Assembly (NCBI GenBank): GCA_003645885.1
Contig: QNCW01000002.1
Location: 1-37,455 of the forward strand
Source of the DNA: Candidatus Latescibacterota bacterium
GTDB taxonomy: Bacteria > Latescibacterota > 4484-107 > B68-G9
DNA: 37,455 nt
Direction of reading: 5' to 3'
Translations under genes and position numbers: made by a program
Part shown: one piece after another, positions 1 to 6,517 of the stretch
Layout of the letters: each line of letters opens with the position of its first letter
How positions within the stretch are numbered: position 1 is the first letter of the stretch
The notes under the pieces: generated by a model
What the model saw: the letters and a program-made list of their open reading frames with translations, nothing else
What the model was told of the DNA's origin: nothing
Databases searched by the model: none

Positions 1-104
1 AAGGTAAGCTCGTGCCCCCTGGCTTGTACATTTACAGGATAGAGGTCGAGGTAGGTGAGGGGGACAGCGAAGTCGCATCTGGGACCCTGGCTGTGGTCTA
101 TTAG
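1..104 (+). CDS. 3' end of an upstream secreted protein (partial); C-terminal beta-sandwich sorting tail of T9SS/FlgD-Ig type
   Basis: Frame 3 reads GKLVPPGLYIYRIEVEVGEGDSEVASGTLAVVY followed by TAG at 102-104. The G-x-Y-x-Y-R-hydrophobic pattern resembles the terminal strands of the intact sorting tails at 15372-15641 and 17281-17541. Confidence 0.5.
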   Translation, partial: GKLVPPGLYIYRIEVEVGEGDSEVASGTLAVVY

Positions 105-594
105 TCTGCTTTGCTGCTATGCCCCTGCCATCGAGCAAGGAGGAAGGCCCGGGGAAGAACCTTACGAGGTCACGATCAAGTTCTACAAGACCTTGGAGGA
201 ATTCGAATCTCCGGGCGTCCCTCTGGCCGATGTGGGGGAGGCCGACAGGTACAGACCTGGCAGTCCCGTATGGGTCCCCGACGATGAGGTGGCCAGGCTC
301 AGGGCCAGGGGAGCCCTCGTGCCCATAGAGGGGCTGAGGGTCGTCCTGGTGGACGGGAACAGGAAGGTTCAGGGCCGCACCGATGGCTCTGGAAGGGTGA
401 GGTTCGAGCTCATCTCGGGGAGGACGTACTACATAAGGGTGTACTTCGGCACGCACGAGTGGTTCAGGAAGGTATTCCTGCTCCCCTTCTGGGTCGGGAT
501 GCTCGGGAAGGTTGAGGGTGAGGAAACCAAAAGCTCCATCGAAAGGAGCATATTCGTCTCCCCGAGCGGCGATATAAGGAGGAGGCCGTATTGA
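55..594 (+). CDS. Hypothetical secreted protein with a carboxypeptidase-regulatory-like beta-sandwich; start uncertain
   Basis: 179-aa ORF whose GTG at 55 overlaps the upstream gene, so the true start is probably further in (hydrophobic ISLLCCYAPA stretch). The segment LRVVLVDGNRKVQGRTDGSGRVRFELISGRTYYIRVY fits the CarboxypepD_reg-like pattern. Its stop TGA (592-594) overlaps the TTG start of the next gene. Confidence 0.55.
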   Translation: MRGTAKSHLGPWLWSISLLCCYAPAIEQGGRPGEEPYEVTIKFYKTLEEFESPGVPLADVGEADRYRPGSPVWVPDDEVARLRARGALVPIEGLRVVLVDGNRKVQGRTDGSGRVRFELISGRTYYIRVYFGTHEWFRKVFLLPFWVGMLGKVEGEETKSSIERSIFVSPSGDIRRRPY

Positions 595-3182
595 TCAAGC
601 TTCCCCTGCTGTTGGTCCTCTTCCTCGGAAGTCCATCCGCCCAGTTCCTCTCCAGGTCGTACTATCCCTTCTGGGACGAGGTGTACGAGAACTACGGAAG
701 GGAGGTGTACAGAGATTACCCGCTCAGGCCGGAGAGGAAGATATACGACCCGTTGGGCATATACCTTATAAAGGGGATCGATCTGGTCAGGTTCGAGGAG
801 TTCAGGACCTTGGCTCCTTTCAGGAGCTCTTCCTTGGTGAAGATGGAGGATTACGGGGAAGTGTTCGATAAGCTCGTAATAGCGGACGAAAGCTACATGG
901 GCTGGGCGAACGTGGCGATGGTCGGGAATGCGATAAGGACCAGGTTCACACAGTGCACCCTGAGCCTGGCGAGGTTCAACGGGGTGAGGTGGGACGCATC
1001 CTCAAGGAAGAACAGGTTCTCTATATTGGGCTCGAGGATATCCAACCCCCAGATAGGGGAGATGGACCCGGAGATGGTCGAGCATTTCGCACCCCTGTTC
1101 ATGGAGTTCTTCGGGACCTTCATGTTCGGCGGGCGCTGGGAGGGCACGTTCGGGGACGTGCTGGAGCTTGGTACCACATTTTTGAACCTCCACAGGGCTG
1201 ACGGGCTCAGGAGGAGGGGCTCCATAAGGGGTGTGGTTCCGAGCATCACACCGTGGATACCGGTGGTATACGTTGTGTTCAGCGATGACTCCCCGGAAGA
1301 TGGGGGCGGGGCTGAGGTCTACGACGTCCAGATCTTCGTAAACGGGGTCAGGAGGGACGACATAAAGCCCGAGGTCAGGAAGATAAGGGATGTGGTTAGG
1401 CTGAGGAAGCCTTTCATGACCCTCAGGGACATCCCCCACATCCGGAGGGACGGTCCGTGGCTCGTCAACACCCTCACGTACTCCTATATGTTCGAGCAGA
1501 AGAAGAGGAGGGGGGACGGGGGACTGTTCGCTAAGGATGGGTTTGACCCGGGACCTGAGGTCCCCCTCAGGGCGGACGGAACGGACGTGCTGGTGTTCAA
1601 GTACGAGATCCCTTCCGATGCTAAGGCCTTAAGGTTCAGAGCGTTGGTCTCAGGAGATTACTGCATAGATGTCGCATCCGGGCTGAGCTGGGCCTTCACG
1701 TGGGAGGACTGGCACAACGTGGCGAGGGCCAGGGGCAAGCCCAAGGGAGGCTCCAACCTGGGATGGGTAAGCTTCGAATATGGCTTCCCGACGGGGATGA
1801 GCCTCTACGGAGCAGATTTCAGGCTCAGGCTCGGAGGGTTCAAGATAGAGGGGGAATATTCGAACTACGAGGGGTACTTCCAGCTTCCCGTGCCAGGAGG
1901 GAAGAGGAGCACCCTGAAGGGTGGGGTGTACTTCCTCAGGGCGCTCAGGACCTCGCCGAGGTTAGATCTGGGCTTAGAGGTGTTCAGGTTCCTTCCAGGG
2001 TACACCACCTCGTTCCCCATATGGAAGGACGACAGGCCTGGGAGGGCAGGGGTGGTCAACTACGAGCTAGTGGACGACAACGACGACCAGGACGAGTGGC
2101 CGGACACCTGGGAGAACTGGGACCCCCTCGATCCCCATTACAACCCTGAGGAGCCCGGCCTTCCGTGGGAGGCCCAGATGAACCTGAGCCCCCCCGCAAG
2201 GGTGGGGATGGGGGTATATCCCGGTCTGGACGTGGACCAGGATGGGAGGCCCGACTACAGCACTTCGGAGAGCATATTCCTCAGCTACTACGTCGATCCG
2301 TTGGGCTACGTTTACGGGGACGACTTCAACAACAACGGTGTCGTGGACGTCAGGGAGGATGACAACAAGCCCGACTATCCATACGATGTTGACAGCCAGG
2401 GCGGGCACCTTTTCTTGAGGTTCAGGCCAGTTGAGGACATCGCCCTGAGGTTCGGACTGTACGACGTGAGGAGGATAGCAGGGTGCGGCAGGAACTTCGT
2501 GGGGTACGGAGAACTCGGCTACACCCGGAGGTTAAGGTTCGGAGATCTCAGGTTCAACTACATGGTCAAGAGGGTCATGGACGACATCCCGGACGATGTG
2601 TACTCGATCGGGAGGTGGTGGCTGGTGAGGCACGACCCCTTGGACATGAAGGACAGCATAGTTCACATATTCTTCCTGGACTCACACCTGAACACCATTA
2701 AGGATCTGAACATAACGAACAGGTTAAAGTTTAACTTGAACTTGAAGAGGGACGGGGGCAGGGTTACGGACGTGACGTGGGTCAGCAAGGCCGACTACAC
2801 TTTCAAGCTCGGGAGGGTCTCGATAAGGCCCATGTTGAAGTATACCTTCGGCAGGTTCAAGAGGACGGACCCTCCCAGGACCGAAGTTGGATATTCCCTC
2901 CTCCCCCTCCTCAGGGTGGATGTGCCGCTGGCGCGGAGCTCCAGGCTCAAGTTCGGGCTGAAGGGATATCCCTTCCCCTATATGTCGAGGGACCCGCTCC
3001 ATCCGGCCGAGGACCTGGATTCCAGGGGGTACGTCATCGTATTCGAGAACAGGAGCAAGTATCTGGGTTACGACGTGATCTTTCAGATCATATCCGAAAG
3101 GAGGATGGAGAGGCGTCCTGGGATGGGAAAGGTTGGGGAGAGGGATTACGCAAGGTACGAGGTGAGGGTATATGCTGAGTAG
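591..3182 (+). CDS. Large predicted outer-membrane protein, paralog A (863 aa), with Asp-rich Ca-binding-type repeats; family not recognised
   Basis: TTG start preceded by AAGGAGGAGG (577-586). Signal peptide MIKLPLLLVLFLGSPSAQF. Full-length paralogy to 3172-5817 and 6518-9382, with shared YENYGRE, IRT(R/K)FT, NG(V/I)R.D, GG(R/H)WE, VDDNDD.DE/RxPD, NNNGxxDxREDDxKPxYPYDxD, G(C/G)GRN and (K/R)FGxxG(Y/F)P motifs. The C-terminal third has an amphipathic beta-strand character. Confidence 0.85.
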   Translation: MIKLPLLLVLFLGSPSAQFLSRSYYPFWDEVYENYGREVYRDYPLRPERKIYDPLGIYLIKGIDLVRFEEFRTLAPFRSSSLVKMEDYGEVFDKLVIADESYMGWANVAMVGNAIRTRFTQCTLSLARFNGVRWDASSRKNRFSILGSRISNPQIGEMDPEMVEHFAPLFMEFFGTFMFGGRWEGTFGDVLELGTTFLNLHRADGLRRRGSIRGVVPSITPWIPVVYVVFSDDSPEDGGGAEVYDVQIFVNGVRRDDIKPEVRKIRDVVRLRKPFMTLRDIPHIRRDGPWLVNTLTYSYMFEQKKRRGDGGLFAKDGFDPGPEVPLRADGTDVLVFKYEIPSDAKALRFRALVSGDYCIDVASGLSWAFTWEDWHNVARARGKPKGGSNLGWVSFEYGFPTGMSLYGADFRLRLGGFKIEGEYSNYEGYFQLPVPGGKRSTLKGGVYFLRALRTSPRLDLGLEVFRFLPGYTTSFPIWKDDRPGRAGVVNYELVDDNDDQDEWPDTWENWDPLDPHYNPEEPGLPWEAQMNLSPPARVGMGVYPGLDVDQDGRPDYSTSESIFLSYYVDPLGYVYGDDFNNNGVVDVREDDNKPDYPYDVDSQGGHLFLRFRPVEDIALRFGLYDVRRIAGCGRNFVGYGELGYTRRLRFGDLRFNYMVKRVMDDIPDDVYSIGRWWLVRHDPLDMKDSIVHIFFLDSHLNTIKDLNITNRLKFNLNLKRDGGRVTDVTWVSKADYTFKLGRVSIRPMLKYTFGRFKRTDPPRTEVGYSLLPLLRVDVPLARSSRLKFGLKGYPFPYMSRDPLHPAEDLDSRGYVIVFENRSKYLGYDVIFQIISERRMERRPGMGKVGERDYARYEVRVYAE

Positions 3183-5817
3183 GGCCGCCCTTCTGGTGCT
3201 GCTGCCCTCTGCGGCGTTCTGTCAGCTCCTCTTCGAGCCCGGGGAGGAGTACGAGAACTACGGAAGGGAGGACTATAAGAGATATGGTAAGTCCATATTT
3301 TACAGGATATTGAATCCAGTATACGATGAGATGGGGGACTTCGTAACAAACGGTGTGGAGATATTCTCGCTGAGGGAGACGCACACCGTATATCCAAGGC
3401 CGGGAAGCAGGCTCTGGAAGGGGGAATATTTCTACAAGTACGTGAACGGGCTGGTTGTCTCCCACAACATCTTGGGCAGGAAGTACATGAGCATAGCGGT
3501 TGGGGACAACATAAGGACGAAGTTCACCCCCCTTTCCTTGGACATGGCCAACCTGAACGGTATACGCTGCGACCTGGATACAGGTCCGGACAAGTTCACC
3601 CTCGTCACATCGAGGGTCGACAGGCCCATATTCAACCTGGACGACAGCAAGACACACAACAAGGAGATACACCTCCCCAGGTACGCCACCTACCTGCTCG
3701 GGGGCCACTGGGAGAGGAGGATAGGGACCTTGACCGTAGGTGGGACTTACGTAAACCAGTTCAGGGTGGACAGCATGGTGGGGACCGAGAGGAACAGCCT
3801 GAAGGGGACCCTTCCGAAGGATGGCTATCCTGTGGCCTACTTGGTCTTGAAGCTCGCAGATGGCTCGGAACAAAGGAAGGGAGGGGCAAGGATATACGAT
3901 GTGGAGATATACATGGACGGAAAGAGGAGGGAAGTACCCGTCCTGGTGACCCAGCACGATGCGAAGGTGATAGATCTTGAATATCCGAACGGGGACAGGG
4001 GGTTCCCTAAGCCCATACCTCCCTACGTCCAGTTCATCAGGGGCGACCTGCCCACCAAGCCCTTCGGCACATTCCAGGCGGAGGGGAGCAAGTACGTGCT
4101 GTACTGGTTCGAAATGCCCGAGGACCTGGGATGCAGGTCGGTGGAGTTCAGGGTGGTAGTTTCGGGAGACTACCTGTTGAGCCTCTCCGAGGTGTACGTG
4201 GCAAACCCCTTAGCTCCGAAGACGGACCCCCTAAGGAGGTACGGGGCCACATATTTCTACGAGGTCGCTGGCGCCAAGGGGAGCCCCGAGAACTACAACG
4301 ACGTGGAGGTTGTAAGGTTCAACTACGGTAGGCAGACCAGCAACACCGTGGCCGGGCTCCATCTCAGGCTCGATTCCAAGGAGCTCTTCGTCAACGCAGA
4401 ATATAAAAGGCGCTTCGACTTCAGGCAGTTCCTGAACGGGTCCGGCGAGCACTTCCTCTCCACAGCCGATGCCTTCTACGTAAACCTCAAGAGGTATTCC
4501 CGCAAGTTCTCGTTCGGAGGCGAGCTGTTTTACATATCCCCCTTCTACAGCACGATGATATCCGTGAACGACCTTTCGTACGCAACCTCTTACCTGAGGA
4601 GCATAGACAGCCCGTTTACGGATGCCGAAATGTTCTTGAAGAACAATACATTAGAGTTCGACACCGTGGACGACAACGACGATAAGGACAGGTTCCCTGA
4701 CAAGTACTTCCTCCTCAAGAAGGCCGACAACAACGGAGTCTTCCCGGGCCAGGACGAGGACATGGACGGAAGGCCGGACGTCAACGAGAACGAGAACGAC
4801 ATCCCGGACTATCTTGAGCCCTTCCTTCTCTACGACGTCAACCCACAGGAGTTCGACTACGGCGACGACATGAACAACAACGGCATCATAGACATAAGGG
4901 AGGACGACGACAAGCCCGACTACCCGTACGATGTGGACTCAAAGGGATACCACATCTTCCTTGAGCTCGAACCAACAAAAGGACTTAAGTTTACATTGGG
5001 CCACTACGATGTCCGCCAGATCCTGGCCGGGGGTAGGAACGTTGTGAGTTACCTCAAGCTCGACTACTCTAAATACTTACCTTTCCTGGCCGACATCCAC
5101 CTCGTTAACTTCTCGAAGAGGGTGAGGGACGACATAAAGGACGATGTCTTCCAGTTCCAGCAAGGCATACCTTCTTCCTTCAATCCAGACCCGAGGTCGA
5201 GGTTCGGTGTAACGAACATAAGGACGGTCCTGGTCGAGGATAGACTTCTCATGAAGGACAGCTTCGTGAACACTTCCTACATGAAGGTCAGGTTCCTGGG
5301 TGTCAAGGGGTTGAACTTCGAGCAGAGCCTTAAGGTGGAGCTTAACAGGCAGTTCCTCGGAAGGTCCAAGAACGACATATGGAGGTGGGCCTACGTGCTC
5401 AAGGGGGATTACACGTACAGGTTCGGGAGGTTAAGCATAAGTCCGAAGTTCAAGTACATGGCTTACAGGGTACACGACCGTAAGGATGCCGTCGTGCACG
5501 CTCACGAGGCCTACTTCTTCCCGATACTGAGGGTGGACTACACGCTCACGCCGAGGACCAAGATAAAGTTCGGGGCCCAGGGCTTCCCCTTCCTGAAGGG
5601 AACGTACAGGGACTTCATAAACAGGTTCAGGGACTACACTTCCCAGGATTACATAATAATGCTGAGCAACATATCCACTTATAGGGGATACGAACTCAGC
5701 TTCAATGTCGGCTACGAGGTAAGGAAGCAGACGTATAAGGACAGGAGGAGGGCCTTCGAGGACGTGGATTACGGGTTCTTCTTCTTAAGGTTCATAGTCG
5801 GGGTCAAGGAAATATAA
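3172..5817 (+). CDS. Large predicted outer-membrane protein, paralog B (881 aa), with thrombospondin-type-3-like Asp-rich repeats
   Basis: ATG at 3172 overlaps the end of paralog A by 11 nt. Signal peptide MLSRAALLVLLPSAAFCQ. Same motif series as paralogs A and C. Acidic cassette VDDNDDKDRFPD...GQDEDMDGRPDVNENENDIPDY...DDMNNNGIIDIREDDDKPDYPYDVD at 4666-4938. Confidence 0.88.
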   Translation: MLSRAALLVLLPSAAFCQLLFEPGEEYENYGREDYKRYGKSIFYRILNPVYDEMGDFVTNGVEIFSLRETHTVYPRPGSRLWKGEYFYKYVNGLVVSHNILGRKYMSIAVGDNIRTKFTPLSLDMANLNGIRCDLDTGPDKFTLVTSRVDRPIFNLDDSKTHNKEIHLPRYATYLLGGHWERRIGTLTVGGTYVNQFRVDSMVGTERNSLKGTLPKDGYPVAYLVLKLADGSEQRKGGARIYDVEIYMDGKRREVPVLVTQHDAKVIDLEYPNGDRGFPKPIPPYVQFIRGDLPTKPFGTFQAEGSKYVLYWFEMPEDLGCRSVEFRVVVSGDYLLSLSEVYVANPLAPKTDPLRRYGATYFYEVAGAKGSPENYNDVEVVRFNYGRQTSNTVAGLHLRLDSKELFVNAEYKRRFDFRQFLNGSGEHFLSTADAFYVNLKRYSRKFSFGGELFYISPFYSTMISVNDLSYATSYLRSIDSPFTDAEMFLKNNTLEFDTVDDNDDKDRFPDKYFLLKKADNNGVFPGQDEDMDGRPDVNENENDIPDYLEPFLLYDVNPQEFDYGDDMNNNGIIDIREDDDKPDYPYDVDSKGYHIFLELEPTKGLKFTLGHYDVRQILAGGRNVVSYLKLDYSKYLPFLADIHLVNFSKRVRDDIKDDVFQFQQGIPSSFNPDPRSRFGVTNIRTVLVEDRLLMKDSFVNTSYMKVRFLGVKGLNFEQSLKVELNRQFLGRSKNDIWRWAYVLKGDYTYRFGRLSISPKFKYMAYRVHDRKDAVVHAHEAYFFPILRVDYTLTPRTKIKFGAQGFPFLKGTYRDFINRFRDYTSQDYIIMLSNISTYRGYELSFNVGYEVRKQTYKDRRRAFEDVDYGFFFLRFIVGVKEI

Positions 5818-5831
5818 GGGGGTGCTCCCCG
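5815..5831. repeat. Left arm of a perfect 17-nt inverted repeat (TAAGGGGGTGCTCCCCG)
   Basis: Exact reverse complement of 6491-6507. Contains the TAA stop of paralog B. Confidence 0.9.
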
Positions 5832-5845
5832 GGAAAGGAGGAGAG

Positions 5846-6478
5846 ATGGTCAGGCTAACGCTAGCAGGTCTGTTGGCCTTGGTCCTGGCGGGAACTGTGG
5901 CCGCCTACGAGAAGCCGGAGGGTGAGGTCCTTGTACAGAGCTGGGGCTTCGAAGCTCCTTCGAGCTGGTACCGAATATGGCCCTTCCAGTTCTTTTACTG
6001 GTGGCAGTTCGCCGACACCACCACCTTCAGGGCTGAAAGGGCCGCCCATACCGGGAAGTGGGGCCTCGTGCTCACCCATCCCTCGTGGATACCCGAGGAG
6101 CACGGGGGCACCCCGTACGCCATTTGGGGCATAAGCTACATCCCAGGCGCAAAGTACAGGGTGTCGTACTGGGCCAAGAGCGACGGGGTCATAGAGGTCC
6201 ACGGCGAGATATACTGGAGGTCGGAGCACAAGGATGGGACCTTGGTTTCCTTCGAGCCTTACAAGGGCACAGAATGGAAGCAGTTCTCGTACGAATGGAC
6301 CGCCCCGACCCTGGATAAGACCGAGGGCAAGGAGGCTTTCCTTGCGGTTTGGTTCTGGCCCAGACCAAAGCGGACGGACGGGGAGGCGTACGTGGACGAT
6401 GTCGAGGTATGGCTCATCGGGTACGAGCTGCCCGTGGATGAGATGACCTGGGGTAGGATAAAAGCTAGCTTCAAGTAA
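5846..6478 (+). CDS. Secreted carbohydrate-binding-module-like (CBM4/9/22-type beta-sandwich) protein, about 210 aa
   Basis: In-frame ATG at 5846 preceded by AGGAGG (5836-5841), preferred over the GTG at 5822 in the ORF track. Signal peptide MVRLTLAGLLALVLAGTVAAYE. Trp/Tyr-rich, with the C-terminal motif GEAYVDDVEVW typical of CBM_4_9-like modules. Confidence 0.7.
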   Translation: MVRLTLAGLLALVLAGTVAAYEKPEGEVLVQSWGFEAPSSWYRIWPFQFFYWWQFADTTTFRAERAAHTGKWGLVLTHPSWIPEEHGGTPYAIWGISYIPGAKYRVSYWAKSDGVIEVHGEIYWRSEHKDGTLVSFEPYKGTEWKQFSYEWTAPTLDKTEGKEAFLAVWFWPRPKRTDGEAYVDDVEVWLIGYELPVDEMTWGRIKASFK

Positions 6479-6490
6479 AATAGTAACTTA

Positions 6491-6507
6491 CGGGGAGCAC
6501 CCCCTTA
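6491..6507. repeat. Right arm of a perfect 17-nt inverted repeat (CGGGGAGCACCCCCTTA)
   Basis: Exact reverse complement of 5815-5831. Overlaps the 14-nt palindrome CCCCCTTAAGGGGG (6500-6513), which also carries the SD of paralog C. Confidence 0.9.
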
Positions 6508-6517
6508 AGGGGGCAAC

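Noticed and set aside
119-328. Short alternative-frame + strand ORFs (119-328, 953-1201, 1700-2149, 24770-25783 and others)
   Set aside because: They are nested in other frames of longer, motif-supported genes. Their translations are Arg/Gly/Pro-rich, typical of off-frame reading of AGG/GGG-rich sequence.
5815-6507. The 17-nt inverted repeats as termini of a transposon or MITE
   Set aside because: No transposase or target-site duplication is visible. The arms coincide with the stop codon and SD contexts of the flanking genes, and the enclosed gene fits the function of the operon. It is kept as a finding, but not called a mobile element.
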